A DNA stretch of 64,000 nt from a virus. Lineage: Duplodnaviria; Caudoviricetes. Under the pieces are notes generated by a model, which saw only the letters and a program-made list of their open reading frames with translations, ran no database searches and was not told the DNA's origin. A program made the position numbers and the translations under genes. This document shows positions 32,311-44,805 of the stretch, piece by piece (position 1 is the stretch's first letter; each line of letters begins with the position of its first letter). The stretch spans positions 32,001 to 96,000 of IMG/VR virus record IMGVR_UViG_3300031994_000011; one strand, written 5' to 3'.

Positions 32311-32808
32311 ATGGAACAAAGACAAGGATTAATACCTATTGAAATCTATACAGATGGCTCATCAAAAAATATTAAAGGAACACGTTTCGGTGGATGGGCC
32401 TATATTGTAGTAAAAGATGGACAAGAAGTATTACATGTGGCGGACGGAGAAAATCTTGCTACCAATCAAAAAATGGAACTTGTAGCAATTATGAATGCAT
32501 TAAAATACGCAGCCTCCGTTCGCCAACCTTATGAACATGTAATGATTTACAGCGATTCAGCTTACGCTATAAATTGTTATAAAAATCAATGGTATTTGAA
32601 TTGGCAATCTAATGGATGGCGAAATGCTAAAAATCAAGATGTAGCAAATAAAGAAATTTGGTATGAAATAGTACCTTTTTTTGAAAATCCTTGGTATGCT
32701 TTTTATAAAGTAGAAGGACACAATGGTGTCTTTTGGAATGAAAAATGCGATAAACTTGCTCAACGAGAAGCAGAGAGATTAAAATTAAAATGGCGAGGTT
32801 TCACATGA
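32311..32808 (+). CDS. rnhA: Ribonuclease HI
   Basis: IYTDGS, GGW, TNQKMEL, SDSAY and VEGH..NEKCD motifs. Confidence 0.92.
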   Translation: MEQRQGLIPIEIYTDGSSKNIKGTRFGGWAYIVVKDGQEVLHVADGENLATNQKMELVAIMNALKYAASVRQPYEHVMIYSDSAYAINCYKNQWYLNWQSNGWRNAKNQDVANKEIWYEIVPFFENPWYAFYKVEGHNGVFWNEKCDKLAQREAERLKLKWRGFT

Positions 32809-33131
32809 ATAATGATATTTATGAAGTAACACGAGATGATTATGTTGGCTTTCTTTGGCAAATAAAAAAAGAAGCTATGAGAGTAGAAGAAGAAAATTCA
32901 AATGACTTTCATTTTGTTAAAACTTATAGTGTAAATACTGGTAATTATCTTTGTATGCGCATGATACCTTCTAAAGATAATGAAACAGATATTGAACATT
33001 ACTATATTTTTAATATGCCAGAAGATAGTGAAAGGCAACCACCAAAACCAGTAAGAAAAATTGTACTTGAAACTAAAGAAGAAGTACAAGAATTTTTTAA
33101 TATTTTAAGCAAAGTTAATAATAAAAAATAA
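32805..33131 (+). CDS. Hypothetical protein
   Basis: ORF coupled to rnhA. Confidence 0.7.
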   Translation: MNNDIYEVTRDDYVGFLWQIKKEAMRVEEENSNDFHFVKTYSVNTGNYLCMRMIPSKDNETDIEHYYIFNMPEDSERQPPKPVRKIVLETKEEVQEFFNILSKVNNKK

Positions 33132-33155
33132 CCATATAATAAATGTGGTGATATT

Positions 33156-35555
33156 ATGGGTAGAGGTAGTTTTAGAAAAAATTTTTTTGATGAAGATAAT
33201 ATAAGTGTTGGAAAAAGATATGTTTTTTTTCAAAGTTTAGGCACACCTGGTCCTGGATATAAAAAAACTTCACCAATATATTTTATATTAAGAGGATTAG
33301 GAGAAAGCTATGTCTCACAAGCCGCTGCCGCATTGGGCAAAGTTTCTTCTAAATAGTAGATGAATAATTAGCAAATAAAGAAAATAGAAACATATATACA
33401 AGTTATTGGATAGGCAGCAACAAATTAGTTTAACTCTTAGCATCAATTTTTATAGCATATGCTTGAATATAGCTAGAAGGATTAGAGTATTAAAATGTTC
33501 TTTTAGCAACATAGAGATTTATTAGACCCAGATTCAAAAAATTTTAATTATACTGTCTTTATAAAATTACTTAATGAAGAAATATCATAGTTCAAAAATT
33601 TTCAGCAATAGAGACAAAGAGTATTATTAGAAAATGCTCGATTTATAGAAAAAAAAATAGAATAGTTATCAAGATAGGACCCTGAAGCTGCGGAAGAAAT
33701 TGAAAGAGCATTTTATGAATAGGATTATAAAGTTTATGAAAAAAAATTAGATGAATATGATATTTTAAAAAAAATATCTGAGGATGATAAATTTCAAAAG
33801 GATTATATAGGATTATTACGTGATAAAATTATGACTATAATGGGACAATTTAGCCGATCAATAGGAGATAAACAAATAAAAGAAAAACTATAGCAAGGTG
33901 TTAGACAATATGGTCTAAGTGGTTCTGAAGATAATTTAGCTAATGAAGTGTTAACATTATTAATTAATTATCTTCTTAATAATGCTAATTTTTAGCAACT
34001 TCAAAATGAAACCGCTGGCGCAATTAAAAAGAATTTTTTAGATTCATTAGATTCTAAGCCTGGCCATGAAATTTCTCTTGGACCTAATAATTTAAAAAAT
34101 ATACAAAACGCAGTTGGGAGAAAAGCCGTTAAATCAATAGAAGAATTATCAATTTCAATTGGAAAAAACATTGGTGAAGCTTTTATATCTTTATCTCAAT
34201 AGGCTAGAAATACAATTATTGGGCAATATGAAGTACAAAATGAACTTAATAAAATACTTAGAAATGTTACAGATATGACACAAATAACCGCAGCACAAAA
34301 AGGACAAATAACTAAACTTTTTAATCAAAAGATTGCCGAAAGGTTACAAGAAAAAAATATTAAATTAAAAGATCTTGATAGGCAACAAAGACAGGCTTTA
34401 ATCAAACAATTTGAAAAATAGCAGCCTGATTTTTTTTCTCCAACAGAAATTGAAAATAGTCTGCGTAATAGTTTTAAAGTATCAGTACAAGGCGGCTCTT
34501 TAGCTGAAATTGTATAGGCCATGATAATTAACGCTATTGGTGGAGCCTTACAAGGGGGAAATATGACGGCTACTGTACATGGCGCCAAAACAAATGTAAA
34601 GACTGATATAACTTTTAATTATGAACTTCCTTCGTCTTTAAAAATTAAAGATGAAACCTTACGTCATCATGCAAAAAGAATTGTTGACGACGCAAGAGTG
34701 AATTTCGTTTCAAATTATAAAGATAGAATACTTGAATATAATAATGGTAGTACTAGTGTAGCTGAAGCTAGCACAGCTTATTTAGATACTCTTAGGCAAG
34801 CAAGTAAAGAGCTTGAACAAGTTGCTATGAATTTAGGAAAAAGTGGAAAATAGGTCCCAGAAACTGTTGCACAAGCTTTTTCTAGTTTTCTTGGAGGAAA
34901 TATATCTGTAAAATAGTACGTAAAAAGTGGAAATTTAGGATTTCATGGAGGCTCTCTTGGTGGTAATGGCGCACCAGATGAAGTATTAGAAAATATAACT
35001 GAAATGTATACCTTAGGTGGAATTAGTCCAATAGATAAAGATACTTTATATTTTGCTGTAATTAACTGTGGAGCAGATGCTCTTGGAGCAGGATTAAAAT
35101 CTTCCATACAGGATTATCTTTTAGGTGGAGCGGCTTTAATGATGTTTGACGATGGATTTACAGCAACAAATAATTACTTGGAAACAATGAGAACTGCTTT
35201 AGGCTTTTCTGCTGCCCCAGGATTACATTTATTTGCTGTAAATGGTAGATTAATTCCAGCTTCATATGTATATTCTTCTATTTATAATGCTTTATCACAA
35301 GCTTATGCTCATATTATAGAAGAAGTACAAATAACATTTAAGTCACAAGCTTCTTCAATAAATAAAGTTACTATAACAAATAGTATTTCTTAGGAAGGAA
35401 ATAAACCTAGTTACTTAAGTATGCCCGCCGCGCAAGACAGATGGAATAAAGTCGCTGAAGATGCTCAAAATTCTATAAATATTTCTTTTTCGTTTTTAGG
35501 TGGAATATTAGATATTTTTGAAGGTATTGATAAAGCATTTGACAGTTTTGCCTAA
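33156..35555 (+). CDS. Large (about 800 aa) TAG-rich hypothetical protein
   Basis: ORF pieces 33156, 34521 and 35004 are in frame; the stretches read by eye are interrupted only by TAG. Confidence 0.75.
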
Positions 35556-35586
35556 ATATGATATAATAAATATAATTGGAGGATAT

Positions 35587-36141
35587 ATGAAAGTAATTTT
35601 AATCAGTGGAAAAAGTGGTTCTGGAAAAGATACTATAGCTTCTTTTCTTAAAAAAATTTATTAGCAAAAAAATAAAAAAGTGATAATTATTCATTTTGCT
35701 GATATGGTAAAAGAATATGCTAAATTATATTATAATTGGAATGGTGAAAAAGATGTGGCTGGGCGACAGCTTCTTCAACAGCTCGGTACAAATACAGTGC
35801 GCGCGGCCTACCCTAATTATTGGGCTGAACTTGTAGCTAAATTTTTAAATGCCGCAGGAAGAAAAAATCATTTTGATATTGCTTTAATCCCAGATTTACG
35901 TTTCTTAAATGAATATTTAATAGTTAAAAAGTACAATAAAGATTGTACTACAATTCGTATAAATAAAATCAATGATGACGGTACTTATATACTTAATAAA
36001 GCTTTTACTCAAGAACAAAATAATCATCCAAGTGAATGCGATTTAGATGACTATAATTTTGATATTATGGTTAATAATAATGGAACACTTGAAGATTTAG
36101 AACAAAGTGCTCAAGAAATTATTAAAGAATATTTAAATTAA
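35587..36141 (+). CDS. Deoxynucleoside monophosphate kinase-like P-loop protein
   Basis: ISGKSGSGKDT, HFAD, RQLLQQLGT, PDLRFLNE and HPSE motifs; TAG at codon 26. Confidence 0.85.
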
Positions 36142-36150
36142 GGAGATAAT

Positions 36151-37341
36151 ATGGAACTTTTAAGGAAACTTGATGTTGAAAAGTATTGGTCTTTTCCGAC
36201 TTCATATAGTCAAGAAAAACGAGAAAATGAAATTAAAGCTATGATAATGGATGGTCGTCATTATTATCAATTAAAAACCGACGGTAATTATAGTGCTTTT
36301 GTATGTGATTTTGATGGAGAAAAGCATATTATTAGCAGAGGAAAATCTACTGTTACTGATGAATATTGCCTTCTTGAAGATAGACTATTTTTCTTTAACG
36401 CTGTAGCAAAAGTATTTGATAAACCTACTAGATTGATGGGTGAAATCTATTATGACGGTGGAATTGATCGTCAGGTAGGCTCTGTATTGCGCGCGCTACC
36501 AGAGAAGTCCAAAAGTATTCAAGATAGAGATTATTATCTTGAAGCGCAAAAGAAAGTAAAATTCACCGCTAAAGACAAACGAGATATTGAAAATAATGAA
36601 TTTTTTAATCAAAAGTTAAAGTGGAGAATTTTTGACTGCTGGTACTATGATGGTGAAAGCCTCATGAAAACTCCTTGGATTGAACGTCAAAAATATGTTA
36701 AAATGGCCGCCGAACGTATAAATCATCCATTAGTTTCATATGTTCCATATTATCCAATGGATAATAATTTTTATGATAATCTTGCTAAGATTTTTGAAAA
36801 CGGCGGTGAAGGAGTAGTTTGCTATCTTGATAGCGGCATTCCAGAACCTTCTAAAAGAACAGCACATAAAACTCTTAAAGTTAAACGAGAAGTAGAACAT
36901 CTTTTGGATGTAGTCTTTACTGGTCTTGATGAATGTAAAAAGAATTATGATGGAAAAGAGCTATCTTCTTGGCCTTATTGGGAGAACACTAGAACTGGTG
37001 AAAAAATTCAAGGACAATTTTTTGGAGAATTTCAGAATGGCGGCTCTTATATTCCAGTAACTCGTAATTATTTTTATAATTGGCCAGGCGCGGTATTTTG
37101 TAGCGCTTATGATGATAATGGAGAATTAGTTCCTATCTGTAAAGTCTCTAACCTAACAGATGAATTAAAAACTTCATTAAGAGATAGTTTTTCTACAGAA
37201 TGGATGCTTTGTCCCGCAACTATTGGCGGCATGGCGTTAAGTGATGCTAATGGTCTTTCTGTTAGACATCCTTATTTAAAATCTATTCGTAAAAATGATC
37301 TTGATCCAAAAGATTGTACTTTAAAGAAAATACTATCATAA
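36151..37341 (+). CDS. ATP-dependent DNA ligase
   Basis: QLKTDGN, GEI, IFDC, GEGVV and LKVK motifs with a C-terminal OB region (RHP). Confidence 0.85.
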   Translation: MELLRKLDVEKYWSFPTSYSQEKRENEIKAMIMDGRHYYQLKTDGNYSAFVCDFDGEKHIISRGKSTVTDEYCLLEDRLFFFNAVAKVFDKPTRLMGEIYYDGGIDRQVGSVLRALPEKSKSIQDRDYYLEAQKKVKFTAKDKRDIENNEFFNQKLKWRIFDCWYYDGESLMKTPWIERQKYVKMAAERINHPLVSYVPYYPMDNNFYDNLAKIFENGGEGVVCYLDSGIPEPSKRTAHKTLKVKREVEHLLDVVFTGLDECKKNYDGKELSSWPYWENTRTGEKIQGQFFGEFQNGGSYIPVTRNYFYNWPGAVFCSAYDDNGELVPICKVSNLTDELKTSLRDSFSTEWMLCPATIGGMALSDANGLSVRHPYLKSIRKNDLDPKDCTLKKILS

Positions 37342-37369
37342 GTTATTGAAAAATAACGAGGAGCTATAT

Positions 37370-37981
37370 ATGGATTTAGATTTTTTAACTATACCTGAAT
37401 AGGTTAGTAGTTTAGACCCTGTAAAATTTCAATATTTTAATCAACTTTTTAATCATAGAACAATCATATTAAATCAAGAAATTAGCTAGAATCTCGTATA
37501 GACTGTTTATCTTCCTTTACGAGAATTTGAAACTGATTCTTGTACCGAGCCTATAACTTTAATATTAAATTCTATGGGAGGGTCCGTTTCTGACGGATTC
37601 TTTCTTGCTCATTATTTAACTACTTATTCAAAAGAACTAAATATTATAGTTACAGGTTGCGCGGCCAGTATGGGCGCTGTAATACTCTGCGGAGGTGGAA
37701 AAAATCCTAATGTTCATAGAATGTGCTTCCCAAGTACATATGGACTAATTCATGACGGGTATATTACATTATCTACTAATGAATCTAAAACTGCTTCAGA
37801 TATTATGGCATTTAATGATAAAGTTGATCTCCAAATTAGAGATTTTATTTTAAGTAACACAAATATTACAGCTGAGCAATACGATGCTCAAACACGCCAC
37901 CAATGGTTTCTGACAGCAGAAGAAATGAAAGAATTAAATCTGATTGATGAAATTATTGGAAGTGATAATAATGATAATTAA
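37370..37981 (+). CDS. clpP: ClpP-like protease
   Basis: LNSMGGSV, AASMG, LIHD and WFLTAEE..LIDEI motifs; 3 TAG. Confidence 0.85.
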
Positions 37982-39212
37982 TTTTTTAGATACCTCCGCT
38001 ATTTTAAATGGCGCGCTAACTACATATAAAAAAGATGCTTGTATAAGTTCTATTTCTTTAATGTAGTTATAGAATATAAAAACATCTGCTTTTAAAGACA
38101 ATCAAATTAAGTATCAAGCTAGATAGGCAGTTAGAGAAATCATTGATAATAATAATAATTTCTTTTTTCCTTCTTTCTCTCAAAGATAGATAGAAAAAAC
38201 TTTAAAAAAGTATAATTTTTTATCTAATATAAATGATCATTACATAATTTGTTAGGCCGCACTAATGGCAAAAAGTAGCGCATATTAGGTAAATTTTATT
38301 ACTTGCGATGGCGCGCAATACTTACTAGCAAAAAGAATACCTTCTTTAAATTCAATATATTATGATAAGATATTACTTGATAATTATGAAAATAATTAGT
38401 ATTGTGGCTGGGGTAAATATTATCCTAATGAAAAACAATTATAGGCGCTATATGCCGATCCTAAAATGAATATTTTAAATTGTAAAACCAATGAATATGC
38501 TTAGATTTATTATTAGAATAAATTACAAGATGTTCTTAGATGGTCTGGAAAAGAATACGAACCGTTAAAATATAAGGACATTAAGAGTCGTTTTTTAAAT
38601 GAAACAATTAAGCCATTAAATTTGTAGCAAAAAATGGCTTTTGATTTATTACAAAATAATTAGATTCCTGTAAAATTATTGCCAGGCGCAGTAGGAACAG
38701 GTAAAGATTATCTTATGCTTACTCACGCGCTTGATTTGGTTCAAAGAGGAACTATGAATAAAATTATTTTTGTAAGAAACCTTGTTCCTTTTAAAGATGC
38801 ACCATAGATAGGATATCTTGCTGGTAATTTACAAGAAAAAATTGCTTGGGGCATGGGGCCGCTAGCATCAATTCTTGGTGCTGCAGGATTATAGGAAATG
38901 TAGGCTCAGGATATGATTGAAGCAGTAAACCTTGGCTTTATCAGAGGTATGTCATGGGATAAAACAATTATATATGTTTCTTAGGGTCAAAATATAACTG
39001 GCGGCGGCTACAAGTTATTAGTCAGCAGATGCGGAGAAGGAAGTCAATTATGGGTAAATGGCGATATTCTTCAAACAGATGCTAAACGTTTTTAGGAAAA
39101 TAATGGTATTGATAGATTAATTAAATCACTTAGTGGCGATCCACTATTTGGAATGGTTAAATTAATAAAAACAGAACGTTCTAAAACAGCAGAACTAGCT
39201 TCTAAAATTTAA
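37971..39212 (+). CDS. phoH: PIN-PhoH (PhoH2-type) protein, TAG-rich
   Basis: FLDTS PIN start; GAVGTGKD; IGYLAG; FIRGMSW; YVS*GQN; GDILQTD. Confidence 0.9.
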
Positions 39213-39216
39213 TAAT

Positions 39217-39240
39217 GTGGGCGGGAAACCGCCCACTTTT
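39217..39240 (+). terminator. Intrinsic terminator
   Basis: GTGGGCGG-GAAA-CCGCCCAC-TTTT. Confidence 0.85.
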
Positions 39241-39294
39241 ATTTTTGACTTTTTTTAAAATTCATGATATAATAAAAGAAAAAAGGAGGAAAAT

Positions 39295-39600
39295 ATGGAA
39301 GAGAACTTTGAAGCCTTGAAAAAAAGATATTGGATATTTTTTAATTTCGCTGAATTTGATAATAATGTAGAAAATTTTGCTAAAGATATATATGAAGATA
39401 TAAAAAATAATATTACATTAGTCGCAGCATTTGTAACGGTCCTTAATCATAAATGCTGGTATTGGTATGATAAGGGAAATGATGAATTATCATCAAAATA
39501 CTCAGATTTATATTATAAATATAATGATAAAGCTTGGGACTGGTTGGAAGAGCAAGGAACCGACGAAGAAAAAAGTTGGTACTTTAAAACAATGGATTAA
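39295..39600 (+). CDS. Hypothetical protein
   Basis: Promoter, RBS and ORF. Confidence 0.75.
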   Translation: MEENFEALKKRYWIFFNFAEFDNNVENFAKDIYEDIKNNITLVAAFVTVLNHKCWYWYDKGNDELSSKYSDLYYKYNDKAWDWLEEQGTDEEKSWYFKTMD

Positions 39601-39613
39601 AGGAGAATAAAAT

Positions 39614-40135
39614 ATGAAAATTTATTTAGCAGGTAGTATATTTTATTATGGAGATGTATTACGAAATACAGAATGGGCTAAAAAAATTCGTGAAGCGATT
39701 CCAAATGTAAACTTATATAGTCCAATTGAAAATACTGAAATTAACGGAGCCGAGGGAAAAAAGAAATTTGCCGGCTCACAAGAGATTGCTAATGGAGATA
39801 ATGTTCGTTTAAACAATACTGATATTTTAGTTGCTTGTATTGATGGAGATATTCTTCCGGCAGGAACTTGCGCCGAAATTGGTAAATTTCATGAAAAAAT
39901 TGAACGTGGTGATCATAAATATATTGTTGGTATTTGTACCGATAATCGCCAAATGTACTTAACTTATAGTGAAGAAAAAAATAAAGGCGGTGCTGCTTCT
40001 CTTGGAGAACAACAATATAGTTATCAGAATCTTTACGTTACTGGTTTAATTAAACAAGGCGGCATTTTAGTATCTAATATTGATGATGCTATTTCTTTTA
40101 TAAAAGAAAAAGAAAAGGAGTATAAAGATGAATAA
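39614..40135 (+). CDS. Nucleoside 2-deoxyribosyltransferase-like protein
   Basis: KIYLAG, YSP, GTCAEIG and NLYVTG motifs. Confidence 0.8.
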   Translation: MKIYLAGSIFYYGDVLRNTEWAKKIREAIPNVNLYSPIENTEINGAEGKKKFAGSQEIANGDNVRLNNTDILVACIDGDILPAGTCAEIGKFHEKIERGDHKYIVGICTDNRQMYLTYSEEKNKGGAASLGEQQYSYQNLYVTGLIKQGGILVSNIDDAISFIKEKEKEYKDE

Positions 40136-41363
40136 AATTATTCATTTCTTCTATTCGCTATATAATCCTTATCCTTGCGGCCGCACTAAAGTTGATAGTT
40201 ATTTATGTTGTAAACGAAAAATGAATAGATGGAATTCTTATCTAACCAAAGATAAAAGAAAATGTTATTGTCGTTTTTGTAATACCATAAAATTTTCAAG
40301 TACTCATCCAATTGATTTTAAACAACCACATAAATGGTAAGGAGGAATATAAAAATGAGTGAAAATTCCTTATGTAATACTTGTGGAAATTTTCATTGTA
40401 TATTTCAATCAGGCATTAACTACGTTAAATGTGACTTTTATATACCTAAAACTTATGAAGAAATATACATAAAATTTATTGATACTGCTGGCAATTTTCA
40501 TTGGATAGGAACTAAAGGTGAACATATAATAAAGCTCTCTTTATAAATATTTAAAAGAATTGGTGGAGAAAAAGATGACAAATCCTAGTAAACCAATTGT
40601 TCAATTAAAAGATAATAAAATTATAGCAATATATAATTCTGCTTATGACGCCGCAAAAATAACTAATTTATCATATAATCATATACAAAAAGCTTGCCAT
40701 AATAAACGTGGTGGCGCAGGCGGCTATAAATGGAGATATGCCACTTTAGAAGAAATTGAATAGTATAATAAAGTTTATTATATAAAAGGAGGAAAAAATC
40801 ATGAATTTTAATCAAATTTCAACTGGCGGACCAGAAGATATGCCAAAATCAACAACTACTTGGACAATAAATAATGATTATTTATTTACGCCTCAAGGAT
40901 GGATTTGTCCTAAATGTGGAAGAGTATATTCACCTACGACAGAAATGTGTTTTTACTGCGGCAATGAAACAAATCAAATTACTGTAAGCGATAAAACTTT
41001 TCCAGATGATTGGTTTATTTATCATGTTACAGACCCTCTAAAAGAACCAGAAGTTCATTTAGATAAAGATTGGAAGAATAAAGAATTTTATGTTGATTAT
41101 GAGTCTCTACCATATTATAATGATGATAATTTTTATAAATTTTATTTAAATCATAATATATAAAGGAGCATAAAATGAGAAATCCCGGACGTATTAAAAT
41201 TATTTGTGAACAGCTTGCTTCTATATGGCAGGAAATCCCTGATTGGCGACTTGCTCAACTTATGAGTAATATATTTGCTACAAAAGATTGCTTCTATATG
41301 GAAGATAAAGAGTTCATTGAGTATATACAAAAATATATAAAAGAGGTAAAATATGGAGAATAA
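40128..41363 (+). other. Run of five small hypothetical ORFs (one NUMOD1-like, about 40575)
   Basis: ORF track 40128, 40334, 40560, 40801 and 41175, mostly with RBS. Confidence 0.55.
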
Positions 41364-42633
41364 TTTAATTTATGGTATTAAAGATAAACCAAAAACAGTA
41401 AAATAGTGGATTCTATATCCACTACAACAAGTCTTTTCTGTATTAACAGCAACATTATTGATTTCAACAGTATGCGGCGCGCCGCTAAGTAGTGGAGTTT
41501 TTGCTGCTGGTATTGGAACATTAGTATATCTTATTTTTACAGGCTTTAATAGCCCAATGTTTGTTTCAAATGCGGGCGCTACTTGCTCAGCAGTTATTGC
41601 CTCGCTAGCCCTAAGTGGCGGAAACACTGTAGCAGTTATAGTTGGTGGAAGTGTAACTGCGCTACTTTATTGTATAATTGCGCTAGGAATAAAGCTAAAA
41701 GGAACTTCTTGGTTGAATAAAATATTTTCAACTTATACTATTGGCGCAATTATTATGGTAATTGGCATTAACTTATCTAAATTTGCAGTATCATATGTTC
41801 AAGTAAATAATGAATATAGCTTAGTTGGCATGTTAGTCGCTATCTTTGTTATGTTTGTAACAGCTATTACAGCACGATATGGAAAAGGTTTTATTAAAAC
41901 AATTCCTTTCCTTATTGGACTTTTAGGTGGATATGTACTATGTCTTGTTCTAGAACTGTTTAACATTCACCTACTAAACTTTTCAGCTTTTGATAATTTA
42001 ACTCTATTCTCAGTTCCACATTTTGCCTTCTATGACGCCAATTTTTCTAACTTTAATTGGATGTTAGTTCCTCAAATCATTGTTATTTGGGTAGCAACTT
42101 CTATTCCAATGCTATTAGAGCATCTTGGCGATCATAAAAGTCTAAGTAGCGTTATTGGAACAGACCTCACTCAAAATCCTGGTATTCATAGAACATTAGT
42201 TTCTGATGGCCTCGCGTCTCTTATTGGATGTATTTTTGGAAAAACTCCCAATACTAGCTATGGAGAAAGTATTAGCTGTACAGCTGTAAGTAGAGTCGGC
42301 AGTAGTTATGTTATTGTTACCGCAGCTGGCATTATGATTTTAGCCTCATTCTTTACTCCTCTTATGGCCTTCTTTGAAAGTATTAGTTCTGTAATCTTTG
42401 GCGGAATTAGTTTTATCGCCTATGGTATGATTGCTTTCTCTGGTCTTAACATGCTTATTAACAGTGGAATAAATTATAAAGATACTTCAAAAGTAATGGT
42501 TGTATGCGCTATTCTCACTACTGGTATAAGCGGCGTTGAGCTACAGCTTGGTCCAATTGTATTCAGTGGAGTTAGTCTAGCAATGCTAGTTGGTTTAATT
42601 ATGGATTTAGTTTTAAATTATAAAAAGAATTGA
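41353..42633 (+). CDS. NCS2 uracil/xanthine permease
   Basis: Multi-TM protein; EHLGD and PNTSYGES signature; TAG at codon 18. Confidence 0.9.
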
Positions 42634-42641
42634 GGTATAAA

Positions 42642-43352
42642 ATGACATATCAAGGTTCAAAGGCTAAATATTCAAAATATATTTGTCCAATATTACAAAA
42701 TTATATTGATAAAAATAATATTGAAACTTTTGTAGATTGCTTTGTTGGCGGGGCAAATATAATCACTGATATTAAATGTAAAAACAGAATTGGTATAGAC
42801 AATAATCAATATTTAATTGCTTTATGGAAATACTTACAAAATAATCCAGATTATGAGTTCCCAGTATATCCATCAAGATAGGATTGGGATAGATGTAAAA
42901 ATAAAATAGAAGAAAAAGATTGGTATATTGGATTAGTATCAATTTTTTGTAGCAATATGGCTGGTGGATTTCCAGCAGGTTATGATAAAATGGGACTTAG
43001 ATATAATGGTAGAATTAAAAATTGTAAAAAAGATTTACCATTTTTAAAAGGTGTTAATTTTATCTGCGATGACTATCATAGTATATCAAACTATACAAAC
43101 TGTTTAATTTATTGTGACCCGCCATATAGCAATACGCATAGATATAATTATCAAAAATTTGATAGTAATGAATTTTGGAATTTTATAAGAGAACAATCTA
43201 GCAAAAATTATATTTTTGTAAGTGAACAAAACGCTCCTGAAGATTTTATTTCTATATGGAGTAAAGATATTGAACACAATATTCGTGGAGCAAAAAGAAT
43301 TGCAACTGAACGTTTATTTGTATTTAATAATGGTCTTATAAAAAATTATTAA
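42642..43352 (+). CDS. DNA adenine methyltransferase (Dam/D12 class)
   Basis: YQGSK, DCFVGGAN and IYCDPPY motifs; one TAG at 42879 joins the two ORF pieces. Confidence 0.85.
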
Positions 43353-43412
43353 GAAATATGCCTATCGCAAGATAGGATTATTTCTTTTTATTAAAGGAGT
43401 GTCTAATAAGTC

Positions 43413-43592
43413 ATGATACAAGAAATAATAGATAGATATTATAATTTTATAAAACATAAAGGATGGACTTATGAAACCGCAGCTGAAAAAATAGAATGTA
43501 GTCGTACACATTTAGGCCGTGTATTTAATGGACGACGTGCTCCATCTATGACATTACTTATGAAAATGGAAGAGGTTATGAAAAATGGATGA
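43413..43592 (+). CDS. XRE-family HTH protein
   Basis: WTYETAAEKIECSRTHLGRVFNGRRAPS. Confidence 0.75.
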   Translation: MIQEIIDRYYNFIKHKGWTYETAAEKIECSRTHLGRVFNGRRAPSMTLLMKMEEVMKNG

Positions 43593-43773
43593 AATTAAAA
43601 CTTATTGTGTATATACACGTTGGCTAGCATTAGAATTACGTAAACAAGGATTTAAAATTATTAAAACAGGTATAAATGAATATCATCCACAATTTGATGT
43701 ATGGTTTTTTGAAGATACCAAAGAATTACAGGCCGCTATATCAGCATTAAATAAACAACGTAAACGCGGCTGA
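43585..43773 (+). CDS. Small hypothetical protein
   Basis: Overlaps the upstream stop codon; LALELRKQGF. Confidence 0.7.
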   Translation: MDEIKTYCVYTRWLALELRKQGFKIIKTGINEYHPQFDVWFFEDTKELQAAISALNKQRKRG

Positions 43774-43787
43774 GGAGGAACCTAAGT

Positions 43788-44165
43788 ATGCCAAATTATT
43801 CAAATCAATTACGTTTAAATTTAACTGAATTAGATAAAATCACACATAAAGAAGGTAATCGCTTTATACAGCCAATTGATTTTAAGTGGGAAGCCGCAGC
43901 TATGCGCAACCTTAATGGAAATGCTTATAAAATATGGCGCTATCTTCTACGATGGTATGGTAAAGATTATTTTTATTATTCTCCTGCCGCTATTCGTAAA
44001 GAATTAGGTTTAGGAGAAAATGGCGCGACATCAGCTAGAAAAGAATTGGAAGCAAAAGGATACATTACTCCTGTAAATAATAAAGAAAATATTTATACTT
44101 TTACTCCTGTTCTTCCGGTTGATTATGAAAATTTAAAAAATAAAAAAGATTTATTTGATGAATAA
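43788..44165 (+). CDS. Winged-HTH protein, candidate replication initiator
   Basis: LNGNAYKIWRYL...LGLG....SARKELEAKGYI; abuts the repeat array. Confidence 0.6.
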   Translation: MPNYSNQLRLNLTELDKITHKEGNRFIQPIDFKWEAAAMRNLNGNAYKIWRYLLRWYGKDYFYYSPAAIRKELGLGENGATSARKELEAKGYITPVNNKENIYTFTPVLPVDYENLKNKKDLFDE

Positions 44166-44350
44166 CCACTTTTTTCGTGGTATTCATTGCCACAAAAATC
44201 GTGGAATTATATCACGAAAATCGTGGCATAGTTCCACGAAAATCGTGGTCTTTCCACGAAAAAAGTGGCAATATCCACGAAAATCGTGTAAGTAATATAA
44301 ATATAATATAAATAGAATAAAAATAATAATATAAATAAAAAATAAAAATA
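44166..44350. repeat. Six 15-bp CCACGAAAATCGTGG repeats plus an AT-rich tract (putative origin)
   Basis: Copies start at 44166, 44190, 44212, 44234, 44254 and 44275; almost pure A/T at 44290-44350. Confidence 0.85.
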
Positions 44351-44432
44351 TGGTCGCGCCGCGACATGAATATTTGACTTAATATAAAAATTACGATATA
44401 ATTATTATAGAAAAAGAAAGGAGATTAAAAAA

Positions 44433-44804
44433 ATGGGGCTTGATTGTAGAATCATAATGGCAAAAAATCGTAAACAAATCGAGATGGAAGATTTCTGGGA
44501 CAAGTGTGCTACCGGTTTTGTACGTGATGAAGATGGCTGTATTGATTTTACCGTACCCTCGGAAGTTGCTTATTGGAGAAAATTTTGGGATTTGTATACA
44601 CCAGTAAGCAATCGTCTTGGACTTGAGAATGGTGAGATGGCTGAAATTAATAAAGATGATCTTTATTTCATTCTTGATATTATTTGTGCCACTCCTGATT
44701 ATTGGGGTAAGTTTGATACAGTTCCTACAATTTGTGAACTAATTTATCATTATAATGAGATTCGTGAACATGGTATGACATTATTCTTTGAAGGAGATTA
44801 TTGA
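44433..44804 (+). CDS. Hypothetical protein
   Basis: MGLD start and EVAYWRK motif. Confidence 0.75.
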   Translation: MGLDCRIIMAKNRKQIEMEDFWDKCATGFVRDEDGCIDFTVPSEVAYWRKFWDLYTPVSNRLGLENGEMAEINKDDLYFILDIICATPDYWGKFDTVPTICELIYHYNEIREHGMTLFFEGDY

Positions 44805-44805
44805 T

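Noticed and set aside
3-39212. TAG-broken genes as pseudogenes or sequencing errors
   Set aside because: The interruptions read are all TAG, never TAA/TGA or frameshifts; motifs continue past them; a CUA tRNA is encoded.
44166-44289. CRISPR array
   Set aside because: Repeats are 15 bp with only 5-9 bp between them, and no cas genes are present; the pattern fits iterons.
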